From positions 1-64,000 of the forward strand of contig JBQTGV010000165.1 of the NCBI GenBank assembly GCA_052390515.1: a stretch of DNA of 64,000 bases. Reading direction: 5' to 3'. The stretch comes from Candidatus Eiseniibacteriota bacterium. GTDB lineage: Bacteria > ARS69. The notes under the pieces were generated by a model. The model saw only the letters and a program-made list of their open reading frames with translations, had not been told where the DNA came from and made no database searches. The translations under genes and the position numbers were made by a program. Of the stretch, positions 9,780 to 19,027 are shown one piece after another (positions within the stretch are counted from its first letter, which is position 1; each line of letters opens with the position of its first letter).

Positions 9780-11555
9780 TCAGCGGTACAGCGACTTGAT
9801 CATGCCCCAGCTCGCCGGCTCGAGCGACGTGATCCCGCATCCGCAGTGGCTCTCGGTCCAGGCCGCCCCGCGGTCCTGACGACCCGGGGCCGCCACGAAG
9901 CAGTTCAGCGCAGCCAGGGAGTTGACGGCCGGGCTGCAGGACTGCAGCCGGAAAGGCTCCGCCGCGCAGAAGAGCGGATCCTCGGTCCGGTTGGACGCGT
10001 CGGACACGAACGCGGAGGAGCAACTACCGTCGCCCGCGGCGATCGGGGTCGTCGTGGGGTTCGCGGGGTCCACGTGCATCGTGGTGCAGTTGATCGCCGG
10101 CTTCGAACCGGTGCCGGTTCCGGTGACCGGCCGGCAGCGGACGCACGCTCCGTTCACCGTGTGGCTGATGAGGTTCCCGGCGATGCGTGCGTTGTTCTTG
10201 TTCGCCAGACCCACGTGGAGGATCCCGCCGCCGGCGCCGCCGGTCAGGGCCGCGCTGCAGCGGAAGATCGTATTGTTCAGGACCAACGAGATCGGGGAGG
10301 TGCCGAAGACTCCGCGGATCGACAGGCCGCCGCCGTCGTTCGCCGAGCAGTCCGCGATGACGTTCTCCTGGATGGTGAACGTGCTCTCCTCGATGTGCAA
10401 GCCGCCGCCGAGGTCGCCCGCGGTGCAGTTCGAGATCAAGACGCGCTGGACGATGCCGGAGGAACTGTCGGCGTACATCGCGCCGCCGCGGAAGTCGGCA
10501 TGGCACCCGGTGATCGAGGAGGTGGGGGCTGTATCGGTCGCGTCGATGCCGTCGAAGGTGATCGATCCCACCTGGCAATAGACCGCGCCTCCGAACGAGG
10601 TGAGCGCCCCTCCGGTCGCGGAGCACTGGTCGAAGCGGACGTCGATCAGGTTGGCCGAGCAGAACGGGAAGACGGCGAGGCCGCCGCCGAGCTGCTGGGG
10701 CGCCGAGCCGAAGAGATCGGCGGTGCAGTTGGTGATGTCGCAGTCGGAGAGGACTACATTGGAAGCGTCCTTGACGAGGATGCCTCCGCCGTAGGGAGAC
10801 GTGCACGCGTCGATGGTGCAGTCGGCGAAGCGCGCGCCGGAGGAGGTGGCCTGGATGCGGACGGCGCCGCCGCCGCCTTCGCCCGAGCGGTTGCCGCGCA
10901 TCACCGAGGCGGAGCAGTACACGGCGCTGTTGAACGCGTAGATGCCGCCGCCGGCGTTCGGCGCGACGCAGTCCTCGATCGTGTTGGAGATCAGCACCGG
11001 CGCCGAGTTCAGGATGTGGAAGCCGCCGCCCGAGCCCAGGGAGGAGTTGTCGTGGACGTCGTTCCCCTCGAACCGGACGGTGGATCCGCCGGAGATGTAG
11101 ACGCCGCCGCCAGCCCCCGCCTGACGATTGCCGGTGATCTCGTTGTTCGTGAACACCGGCGCGCCGCCGTTGACGAGGATGCCCGCGCCCGGCGAGCCTC
11201 CGCCACCGGTGATCAGGAAGCCGTCGACGATCGTCGCGGAGTTGACCGCGTTCGCGGTGACGGCCGGTCCGACCCCGCCACCGTTCAGGATCGTGACGTT
11301 CGCCGACGGATCCCGCGTAGCCTCCTGGAAGGACGAGTCGTAGCCGCCGCGTAGCTCGACGTCGTTCTTCAGGACGACGTTCTCGAAGTACGTGCCCGCC
11401 TGCACGACGACCCGGTCGGCGGCGCCGGCCCCGGCGAGAGCGGCGGCGATCGTGGGGTGGTCGAGCGGCACCCGGAGGTCCGCGGCCAGGGCCGGCCCGG
11501 CGGGGAGGGCGGAAAGAGCGAGGAGGGCGGCTCCCACGCTGCGGCTTCGGGTCAT
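9780..11555 (-). CDS. Secreted right-handed beta-helix (pectin-lyase-like) protein with a C-terminal SWGxIKxLYR tail
   Basis: Signal peptide; VPLDHPTIAAAL N-cap; repeated GGGI/GGAI and N/C ladders; ends TSLEPASWGMIKSLYR. Confidence 0.8.
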   Translation of the reverse strand: MTRSRSVGAALLALSALPAGPALAADLRVPLDHPTIAAALAGAGAADRVVVQAGTYFENVVLKNDVELRGGYDSSFQEATRDPSANVTILNGGGVGPAVTANAVNSATIVDGFLITGGGGSPGAGILVNGGAPVFTNNEITGNRQAGAGGGVYISGGSTVRFEGNDVHDNSSLGSGGGFHILNSAPVLISNTIEDCVAPNAGGGIYAFNSAVYCSASVMRGNRSGEGGGGAVRIQATSSGARFADCTIDACTSPYGGGILVKDASNVVLSDCDITNCTADLFGSAPQQLGGGLAVFPFCSANLIDVRFDQCSATGGALTSFGGAVYCQVGSITFDGIDATDTAPTSSITGCHADFRGGAMYADSSSGIVQRVLISNCTAGDLGGGLHIEESTFTIQENVIADCSANDGGGLSIRGVFGTSPISLVLNNTIFRCSAALTGGAGGGILHVGLANKNNARIAGNLISHTVNGACVRCRPVTGTGTGSKPAINCTTMHVDPANPTTTPIAAGDGSCSSAFVSDASNRTEDPLFCAAEPFRLQSCSPAVNSLAALNCFVAAPGRQDRGAAWTESHCGCGITSLEPASWGMIKSLYR

Positions 11556-11662
11556 GCGGGAGCGCTCCCGGGTTCGCGGACCGTGCCTCGAGGCTCGGCG
11601 AGGCTATCACGAGCGAGCTTCGCCTTCTATCCGACGCGGCGGGGAAATCGTCAAGAAGGGGA

Positions 11663-11691
11663 TGGACACCTGCACGGATGTTTAGTAGCTT
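11663..11691 (+). promoter_or_regulatory. Putative lexA promoter
   Basis: TGGACA-N17-TAGCTT; the imperfect palindrome TGGACA-N10-TGTTTA overlaps it. Confidence 0.45.
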
Positions 11692-11813
11692 GCCGTTCCG
11701 GAACCGACGGGGGGCGTGTCCTCTCACCCTGCCTCACACCGCAAGCCCACACCTGAGGGCGCCGCTTCCCGATCGGTTCCGACCAGTTCACCTCCGCCTC
11801 GGGAGGAAGAAGG

Positions 11814-12428
11814 ATGACGGAGCGTCCGCTCACGGCGAGACAGAACGAGATTCTCGAGTACCTGCGTGGCGAGATCGACCGGCGGGGGCTGCCGCCGACC
11901 ATCCGCGAGATCGGTGACGAGTTCGGGATCCGCTCGACGAAGGGCGTGGAGGATCATCTCGCTGCGCTCGAGCGGAAGGGGTTCATCCGCCGGGAGCGCG
12001 GGAAGTCCCGCGCCATCGAGATCAAGGACCGGCCGGATCTGCGCGGGGCGCGCCTCGTACCGCTGATCGGGCGGATCGCCGCGGGCAGTCCGGCGCTCGC
12101 GGTGGAGAATCACGAGGGCAGCTTCATCCTGGACGAGAGCCTGGTGGGCGCCGGGGACAACTTCCTGCTGCGCGTCACCGGGGACTCGATGACGAAGGCC
12201 GGGATCCTGGATGGAGACTTCGTCGTCGTGCGGTCTCAGAAGACGGCGCGGAACGGGGAGATCGTCGCTGCCCGCATCGGCGAGGAGGCCACGGTGAAGC
12301 GCTTCCAGAAGGACGGCGGTGCCGTGACTCTGCTGCCGGAGAACGATGCGTACGAGCCTATCGAGGTGGATCCGACCGGGGAGTTCGAGCTGCTCGGCAA
12401 GGTGGTGGGCGTCTACCGGCGGATCTGA
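11814..12428 (+). CDS. lexA: SOS repressor LexA
   Basis: LTARQNEIL...PPTIREI wHTH, IAAGSP Ala-Gly cleavage site, GDSM catalytic Ser, EATVKRF catalytic Lys. Confidence 0.96.
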   Translation: MTERPLTARQNEILEYLRGEIDRRGLPPTIREIGDEFGIRSTKGVEDHLAALERKGFIRRERGKSRAIEIKDRPDLRGARLVPLIGRIAAGSPALAVENHEGSFILDESLVGAGDNFLLRVTGDSMTKAGILDGDFVVVRSQKTARNGEIVAARIGEEATVKRFQKDGGAVTLLPENDAYEPIEVDPTGEFELLGKVVGVYRRI

Positions 12429-12510
12429 GGCACGGAGCCGGGCCACGGTGGGCCGTGGCGAGGCCGACGACGGTGCGCCGGCGATGCCAGAGCCGGCCGG
12501 CCCGAGCGCG

Positions 12511-12540
12511 TTGACACTCGGAAACGCCGGCTGCTACCTT
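12511..12540 (+). promoter_or_regulatory. sigma70-like promoter for tRNA-Glu
   Basis: TTGACA-N18-TACCTT with a TG extended -10. Confidence 0.55.
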
Positions 12541-12566
12541 CGCCGCCCGCGACCGTTCGCCCATGC

Positions 12567-12639
<73 letters not shown>

Positions 12640-12713
12640 CCCAGGCCCGCGAGACGAATGACTCGTGGACCGCGAAGGGCAGCGAGCCAGCCTGGCCGCC
12701 AGCCGGCGCCCCC

Positions 12714-12749
12714 TGGACCTCGGGACTACTTGTGACTATCATGTAGTCA
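12714..12749 (+). promoter_or_regulatory. Toxin-antitoxin promoter and operator
   Basis: TGGACC-N17-TATCAT overlapped by the inverted repeat TGACTA-N5-TAGTCA; ATG lies 6 nt after the -10. Confidence 0.65.
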
Positions 12750-13012
12750 TGCGCACGGTCCGGATCGGCGAACTGAAGGCGCGGCTGAGCGAGTATCTGC
12801 GGGGCGTTCGCCGCGGGCGACCTCTTACGGTGCTCGATCGGGACACGCCCATCGCGGTGATCACGCCGTACCCCGGCACCGGCGGGGGATCCCTCGTCGT
12901 GCGCAGCCCAGCGGCCACGAGCCCGAAGCTGACCAAGGTGCCGTTGCCGCCTCCGCTTCCGGTGACCATCGATGCGGCCGAGCTGCTCCTCGAAGAGCGC
13001 CGGGAGCGATGA
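12749..13012 (+). CDS. Phd/YefM-family antitoxin
   Basis: MRTVRIGELKARLSEYLRGVRRG...VLDRDTPIAVI; overlaps the toxin start (ATGA). Confidence 0.9.
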   Translation: MRTVRIGELKARLSEYLRGVRRGRPLTVLDRDTPIAVITPYPGTGGGSLVVRSPAATSPKLTKVPLPPPLPVTIDAAELLLEERRER

Positions 13013-13425
13013 TCGCGTACATCGACTCGTCGGTGCTCCTGCGGGTCTTGCTGGGCCAGGAAGGGCGGCTCGGCGAGTGGAAGAAGATCGAGACGGGCGT
13101 GGCGAGTGCCCTGGTCGAGGTCGAATGCCTCAGGACCCTCGATCGTCTTCGACTCGCCGCGCGGGTGCCGGAGTCCGAGATCGCCGTCAGGCGCGAGGGC
13201 GTGTTTCGACTTCTCGAAGCGATGGAGGTCGTCGAGCCGAGTTGGCCGATCCTTCGCCGTGCTTCGCAGCCGCTCCCTGCCGCGCTCGGTACGCTCGACG
13301 CGATCCACTTGGCTACCGCGATGTCGTGGCAGGAGTCGAGAGGCGCGGCCCTGGTCATGGCCACTCACGACGCCGCCCTCGCGCTCGCCGCGCGTGCCTC
13401 CGGGCTGCGGGTCGTGGGCGTCTGA
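13009..13425 (+). CDS. vapC: VapC-family PIN-domain toxin
   Basis: YIDSSVLL, VEVEC, TLDAIHLATA and THD acidic PIN residues. Confidence 0.9.
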   Translation: MIAYIDSSVLLRVLLGQEGRLGEWKKIETGVASALVEVECLRTLDRLRLAARVPESEIAVRREGVFRLLEAMEVVEPSWPILRRASQPLPAALGTLDAIHLATAMSWQESRGAALVMATHDAALALAARASGLRVVGV

Positions 13426-13438
13426 GGCACCCCGACCG

Positions 13439-14335
13439 CTACCGGACCAGCACCACGCGGCCGGCGACGCGGGTGGCACCACTCTCCAGCACGCAGAAAT
13501 AGACGCCGGCAGGCGCGGCGTCTCCGAACTGGCTGCAGCCGTCCCAGGTCGCGGCGAATTTCCCCTCCGTCCTCGAGATGGAGTGCTCGAGGGTTCGCAC
13601 GTGTCGCCCGGCCGCATCGAAGATGCGCAACGAGACGACGGCCGCTCCCGGAACCGTGTATCCGATCGTCGCTCGGCTGCGGAACGGGTTCGGCCATCCC
13701 GGAAGTACGGCGAAGCCGGTGGCGGCGGGTCCCGCGGTGGCCGTGACTCCGGTGGCGCCGATCTTCGTGATGCCGAGGGCATAGTCGCCGTTCGGATCGG
13801 TGTTGTCGTAGTAGAGCTGGTCGTGCCCGCTGGCGAACAGGTGCGTGGCGCCCGCGGGCACCACGACCACGGTGGAGTCGGCGCGGAGGTCCTCGGGGAT
13901 GTCAGTCGACTGGCCGCCGCAGAAGTAAGTGTTGGCGGTGATGAAGTCGACGCCGGCGTCGATCGCATCCGGCACGCGAGGGTGCGCCGAGCCGGTCAGG
14001 AGAGTCGCGCTGCCGCTGAACACCGCGATGGTGGTCCGCGGAGTGTCGGTACCCGGCCCGTTGTCGAAGCCACCCACGTTCTCGAGCAGGACCACGTCGC
14101 CGGGCTGGATGCCGAGGTCCGCGAGCAACACCGGAACGGCGGCCAGAGCGGGATCGGTGCAGACGTGCAGGTAGGTACCCCTCGAATCCAGGGGGATCTC
14201 GAGACCCCGGCTCGGCGCGGGAATGGTCCACGTGGCCGCGCACCAGAGCGCCATGTGGACCAGCAGCCCATGATGGGCCCGGGCAGGCGACTTCGGAAGA
14301 GGTCGGAGTGTCCGAGACGGACAGCTTGCAGGCAC
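13439..14335 (-). CDS. Secreted protein with FlgD/T9SS-like C-terminal domain
   Basis: C-terminal PNPF...IFDAAGRHVRTL...WDG...APAGVYFCVL. Start taken as GTG 14335 after GGGAGG (alternative ATG 14254). Confidence 0.75.
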   Translation of the reverse strand: MPASCPSRTLRPLPKSPARAHHGLLVHMALWCAATWTIPAPSRGLEIPLDSRGTYLHVCTDPALAAVPVLLADLGIQPGDVVLLENVGGFDNGPGTDTPRTTIAVFSGSATLLTGSAHPRVPDAIDAGVDFITANTYFCGGQSTDIPEDLRADSTVVVVPAGATHLFASGHDQLYYDNTDPNGDYALGITKIGATGVTATAGPAATGFAVLPGWPNPFRSRATIGYTVPGAAVVSLRIFDAAGRHVRTLEHSISRTEGKFAATWDGCSQFGDAAPAGVYFCVLESGATRVAGRVVLVR

Positions 14336-14443
14336 GGCGCGCCTCCCAGTAGCTCTCTGCGGTCGCAGAGAGCGGTTTGCGGATCTTCGTGAGCGGCGGA
14401 GCCCCGCCGCACTTCCTGCACGCGCAGGATCGGCGCGCGAGGT

Positions 14444-14548
14444 GACACGTATCGTGATCACGCCGGCACCGATGGGGGCATCCCTGGTCGTGCGCAGGCC
14501 GCGCCCCAGGAGCCCAAAGCTGACCAGTGAACCGCTGCGGCCGGCCTC
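14444..14548 (+). pseudogene. Degenerate partial copy of the Phd antitoxin gene
   Basis: GTGATCACGCC...CCGGCACC...TCCCTGGTCGTGCGCAG...AGCCCAAAGCTGACCA aligns with 12842-12950 (VITP...SLVVR...SPKLT); no intact 5' half. Confidence 0.75.
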
Positions 14549-14663
14549 AGCTAACACTGCCGCAGGCCGCCGCCGACCGGCTGCGTAGAACGCCCGCTCC
14601 GCCCGTTCCTTCTCGGCTCGCGCATGTCCACGGCCGGACGGTGCATCACACCTTGGTCGCCGC

Positions 14664-15698
14664 TTACCCGCGCGGGACATCCGCCGGCACGATGTCGAGG
14701 TCGCGCTTCTCGCGTCCGCGGAGCACGGTGAGAGTCACCGGCTTTCCGACCGGCCACTCCGAGAGGAAGCGGTGCAGGTCGTCCACGCCGCCGACCGGCA
14801 ATCCGTCGATCGCGACGATGCGATCTCCCGGCAGGATCCCGGCCCGACCCGCCGGCCCGCTCTCCTCGACGCCGGCCACGCGCGCCGCGCGTTCCAGCGG
14901 GAGCCCGTGGTACCGGGCGACGCTCCGCGCCACCGGGACGTCGGCCCCGGCGATTCCGATCCAGGCGCGCCGCACGCGCCCGCGCGCGAAGAGCTGCGGC
15001 ACGACCCAGCGCACCGTGCCGGAGGAAACGGCGAACCCGATGCCCTGCGCCATGGCGATGATCGCCGTGTTGATGCCCACGACGGCGCCGCGGCTGTCGA
15101 CCAGCGGTCCGCCGGAGTTGCCGGGGTTGAGCGGCGCGGTGTGCTGGATGACGTTCTCGATCAGCCGGCCGTCACGCCCGCGGAGCGCGCGCGCCGGCGA
15201 GCTCACGACGCCCGTCGACACGGACGAGTGGAAGCCGAGCGGGCTGCCGATGGCGATCACGAGCTGTCCGACACGCAGCGGCTGCTCGCTGATCGTCGCG
15301 TGGGGAAAGCCGTCCCCGACGACCCGGACCAGCGCGAGATCCGTCGACGGGTCGTCTCCCACGAGGCGGGCGGGACGGGACTCCCCGTCGGCCAGCGTGA
15401 CCTCCAAGCTCGAGGCGCCCTGCACCACGTGGCTGTTGGTCAGCAGGTAGCCGTCCGGGGCGATCAGGACGCCGGATCCGGATCCGCGGGGCCGTTCGTC
15501 GCCCGAGGGCGTCCGCTGGCGGACCGCAAGGCTCACGACGGCGGGGGAGACGGTGTCGACGACGCTCGTCACCGCCCGGGAGTAGGCGTCGAGCAGCTCC
15601 ACGTCGCCCGTGTGCTCGCGGGGGATGATGCAGCGGCGCTCCCGTTCCTCATCGCCCGGCGTGACGGGTGCCGGGCCGGCCCACGTGATGTTCGCCAT
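14664..15698 (-). CDS. HtrA/DegP-like serine protease with one PDZ domain and no obvious signal peptide
   Basis: LTNSHVV, DPSTDLAL and NPGNSGGPL catalytic triad; PDZ with GPAGRAGI; AGGAGG RBS before ATG 15698. Confidence 0.9.
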   Translation of the reverse strand: MANITWAGPAPVTPGDEERERRCIIPREHTGDVELLDAYSRAVTSVVDTVSPAVVSLAVRQRTPSGDERPRGSGSGVLIAPDGYLLTNSHVVQGASSLEVTLADGESRPARLVGDDPSTDLALVRVVGDGFPHATISEQPLRVGQLVIAIGSPLGFHSSVSTGVVSSPARALRGRDGRLIENVIQHTAPLNPGNSGGPLVDSRGAVVGINTAIIAMAQGIGFAVSSGTVRWVVPQLFARGRVRRAWIGIAGADVPVARSVARYHGLPLERAARVAGVEESGPAGRAGILPGDRIVAIDGLPVGGVDDLHRFLSEWPVGKPVTLTVLRGREKRDLDIVPADVPRG

Positions 15699-15854
15699 GG
15701 CCTCCTGGCGGATCGAGTGCGTCCAAGATGGGGCGGGTCGGGGATGCGGACCAGATCTCGGGCGTCGATGCCCTGGACATCGGAACCCTCCCCGGCTATG
15801 GGGTAGCTGGCTGCTCGCCCGTCCGGACACCGGTGAGGAGAAGCGGCGAATCAC

Positions 15855-17516
15855 GTGATCGCGCTCGCACTGCTGCTCGCCTCCCTCGCCGTGCAACCCG
15901 CCGGGACGGGAACGCTCCCGCAGTCCCGGGACGAGATCCTCTTCGTCGGAGACAGCGTCACCGCCGGCGTCTGGTTCCTCGGTCTCAGCGACCGGACCGC
16001 GGCGGAAGCGTGGCCGTCGGTCGTCCTCCGCCGCTTGGGGCTACCCGGCGAGTCCACGCGCCTCGACGGAACGTACCCGCTCGATCATCTGGACCTGACG
16101 CGCCGCGGTGCCGGCCTTCTCGGGACGCGTTACACTTGGCGGGCCCTCGGCGCGATCCTCGGACGCAGCCGGCCGCTCTATGCGGAGGGGGAGCCGCGGA
16201 GCATCGTGGCCGTTCCGGGTCAGACGCTCGGCGACGTCCTCCGGCAGAGCTCCGATCACTACGGCCCGCGCGCGACCGGGTGGGTCTTCGGCGCGCTCTT
16301 CCTGCCGCGCCACCTCACCGCCGTCGAGACGATCGAGCAGGGGGCGAATCGACCTCTCTGGATCGTGCTGGGCATCGGTGCGAACGACCTGCTCTCGCCC
16401 TTCGGAATCGTGGGCGGCGCGTCGGCTCCCGCGGTCGAATCGTTCGAGGCCGACTTTCGCGAGCTGACGCAGCGCCTGCGCGCCGTGATGCCGCCGGACG
16501 AGCCCGCTTCGCAGATGCTCTTGATGACGCTCCCCGACGTCACCGCGCTCCCGTTCCTGCAGCCCGTCGGCCCCGGGGCGAAGGACGCAGGCGGAGAGCC
16601 GCTGCCGGCGGGGACGAAGACCTCGGCGTTTCTGCTGCCGCTGCGGAACGATCGCTTCGAGGGCGACGAGGTGTGGACGCCGGAGGAACTGGAGACGGCT
16701 CGCGCGCTCGGCGACGGCTACAACGCCGCCATCCGCGAGGTCGCGGCGGAGGGCGGGTACGGCATCGTCGACCTCGAGCGGCTGAGCGCCCGCCTCGGCG
16801 CCGATCCCGCGTTCGCCGATCCTCTCTCGCCCTACTTCAGCCCCGATCTGCATCATCCGTCGGGACGCTTGCACGCGGAGATCGCGGAGGCAGTGCTCCA
16901 GGCGATGGCGGACGCAGCCGGCGTGGCCGTGCCTGCCGCGAGCCCGCCGGTCGATCCGCCCGCCGATCCGCTCCCTGAGACCGCTCTTCCCGAGAACGCG
17001 GACTTCACCGAGCAGGAGCTCGCGCGCGTGAGGTCCTTCACGCGGATCGCGCTGCTCGGGATGGAGAGCGGATACTTCCCGCCCGGGGCCACGTTCCGAG
17101 GCGCGATCGAGATCGGCGCGCAGGCCGGGTCCGAACGCGCCGGACGGTGGGCGGCCGCTCTACACGCCGGGGCCGAGCTTGGACCCGGTCCCGTCACGAG
17201 CCGGTGGGTCTCGCGGCTTTTCCTGCAGGGGCGGACCGGCGCGTTTCGTGCGGGCGACGACGCAATCCGCTGGTTTCCGGCCGACGGCTCCGATCTGCGG
17301 CTCGGCCTAGCCTTCGAGCCGCTCGGCGCGTGGCGCTGGAAGCGCGTGGAGGTCGGATCGCGCTACGGCTTCTCCGGCGGCTTCGGCTGGTACGGCCGGG
17401 CGGAGTGGCGGGCGCTCTACGCGGAGGTCCTGTCCGGCGGCCTCGAGCCGGACCGGTTCGAGGCGGGAGTTCGCCTCGGTGCGCCGTTGCGGCGGCCGGG
17501 ACACAACGGCAACTGA
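15855..17516 (+). CDS. Secreted SGNH/GDSL hydrolase with a C-terminal beta-rich domain
   Basis: Signal peptide; FVGDSVTAG block I, IGANDL block III, DLHHPS block V. Confidence 0.75.
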   Translation: MIALALLLASLAVQPAGTGTLPQSRDEILFVGDSVTAGVWFLGLSDRTAAEAWPSVVLRRLGLPGESTRLDGTYPLDHLDLTRRGAGLLGTRYTWRALGAILGRSRPLYAEGEPRSIVAVPGQTLGDVLRQSSDHYGPRATGWVFGALFLPRHLTAVETIEQGANRPLWIVLGIGANDLLSPFGIVGGASAPAVESFEADFRELTQRLRAVMPPDEPASQMLLMTLPDVTALPFLQPVGPGAKDAGGEPLPAGTKTSAFLLPLRNDRFEGDEVWTPEELETARALGDGYNAAIREVAAEGGYGIVDLERLSARLGADPAFADPLSPYFSPDLHHPSGRLHAEIAEAVLQAMADAAGVAVPAASPPVDPPADPLPETALPENADFTEQELARVRSFTRIALLGMESGYFPPGATFRGAIEIGAQAGSERAGRWAAALHAGAELGPGPVTSRWVSRLFLQGRTGAFRAGDDAIRWFPADGSDLRLGLAFEPLGAWRWKRVEVGSRYGFSGGFGWYGRAEWRALYAEVLSGGLEPDRFEAGVRLGAPLRRPGHNGN

Positions 17517-17582
17517 TCGTGGGTGAGGCTGCCCTCGTTGCGATGAACCGCCAGCATCGACGAGGATCGGCCAAACGTCGCT

Positions 17583-17620
17583 GCGATGGGTCCGCATCGC
17601 TTGCACGCGACGTTGCAAGC
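17583..17620. promoter_or_regulatory. Overlapping inverted repeats (candidate operators)
   Basis: GCGATG-N6-CATCGC and GCTTGCA-N8-TGCAAGC upstream of the lipoprotein gene. Confidence 0.35.
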
Positions 17621-17712
17621 TGCGTCGTCCGCGTGGCATCATCTTCTGGCAGGTTTCACCTTCGCGCGAGGCGTGCCCCTCGCCCCGCGACACACATCGG
17701 GAGAGACTTTCG

Positions 17713-18909
17713 ATGAAGCATCTTGCTCTGCTCGGGATCGCCTGCGGCGCTGCCGCGCTGGCTGTGGCCGGCTGCGGCGACAGCCTCAGGGATCCGGGCG
17801 CGATGAACTCCGGTCCCCTCGGCGCCGCCCCCATCGACGACACGATCCTCCGCGGGGACGTCGGCGACTTCGTCTGGTTCGACGCGAACGACAACGGCCT
17901 GCAGGACGACGGCGCGATGTCCGGCGTGAACGGCGTCGACGTGATCATCGACGTGATCCGGATCGATGGCAGCCCTTGGACGATGACGTTCACGACGGCG
18001 AACGACCCCGCGACGGGCCTGCCTGGCTGGTACAACTTCAACGCCGTCCCGGCGGGCAACGCCACCGGCTACGTGGATCCGGCGACGATTCCCGCTGGCC
18101 TGATGCTGGGCTCGCATGCCTGCGGCGGACCGATCCAGTTCGTCATCGGGCAGGGCCCGGTGGGCAACAACAACGACACGATCGACTTCTGCCTCGTCGC
18201 GGTTCCGGCGAAGCCGGGCGCGATCGGCGACTTCGTCTGGTGCGACGCGAACGACGACGGCGTGCAGGATCCGGGCGAGCCGGGGATTCCCGGGATCGTG
18301 GTGAACCTGGACTGCGACGGTGCGCTCGCCTCGACGGTGACGGACGCGAACGGCTACTACCTCTTCACCGGAGTTCCCACGGGCGAGCTGTGCACGGTGA
18401 CGCTCGACCCGCTCAGCTTCCCCGCCGACAAGACGCCGGGTACGCACTGCCCGACGACCCGCACGGTGACGCTGGCCGACGGCGAGACGAACCTGCTGCA
18501 GGACTTCTGCCTGATCGTCATCCCGCCGCCGCCGGGCGGCGATGAGGGTTGCACGCCGGGCTACTGGAAGAACCACACCGGCTCGTGGGCTCCCACCGGC
18601 TACACGACGGGGCAGGCGCTGAGCACCGTGTTCAACATGGGGAACTTCCCCGCACTGGCGTCGACGTCGCTGCACGCGGCGCTCTCGTTCAAGGGAGGGC
18701 CCGGGGCGAGCGGTGGAGCGCAGATCATGCTTCGCGCCGCGGTGGCCGCTCTGCTGAACACTTCCCATCCGGGTGTGAGCTATCCGCGCTCGGAGGCGGA
18801 CGTGATCCTGGACGTGAACGCGGCCTTGGCGACCGCCGACCGCACGACGATGCTCGGCCTCGGCACGGAGCTCGACAACGACAACAACCTGGGGTGTCCT
18901 CTGAACTGA
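17713..18909 (+). CDS. Lipoprotein with two SdrD B-like domains and a C-terminal GCTPGYWKNH domain
   Basis: Lipobox LAVAG-C; two copies of GDFVWxDANDxGxQD; TDANGYYLF; Pro linker; GCTPGYWKNH. Confidence 0.8.
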   Translation: MKHLALLGIACGAAALAVAGCGDSLRDPGAMNSGPLGAAPIDDTILRGDVGDFVWFDANDNGLQDDGAMSGVNGVDVIIDVIRIDGSPWTMTFTTANDPATGLPGWYNFNAVPAGNATGYVDPATIPAGLMLGSHACGGPIQFVIGQGPVGNNNDTIDFCLVAVPAKPGAIGDFVWCDANDDGVQDPGEPGIPGIVVNLDCDGALASTVTDANGYYLFTGVPTGELCTVTLDPLSFPADKTPGTHCPTTRTVTLADGETNLLQDFCLIVIPPPPGGDEGCTPGYWKNHTGSWAPTGYTTGQALSTVFNMGNFPALASTSLHAALSFKGGPGASGGAQIMLRAAVAALLNTSHPGVSYPRSEADVILDVNAALATADRTTMLGLGTELDNDNNLGCPLN

Positions 18910-18934
18910 GCCCGCTGCCGACGAGATGACCCGA

Positions 18935-18976
18935 CCGGCCCGGCGACCCTCAGCGGTCCGCCGGGCCGGCGCGTTT
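18935..18976 (+). terminator. Hairpin terminator between convergent genes
   Basis: CCGGCCCGGCG...CGCCGGGCCGG stem followed by a short T run. Confidence 0.55.
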
Positions 18977-19027
18977 CAGGGCAGAGCTGCGCGGCCGCGC
19001 CGGCCGGAAGGGCTGGTCAGCTCCCCG

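Noticed and set aside
11776-11789. Alphaproteobacterial-type LexA box GTTC-N7-GTTC
   Set aside because: The spacing here is N6 (GTTC-CGACCA-GTTC), and the site lies partly within the leader hairpin.
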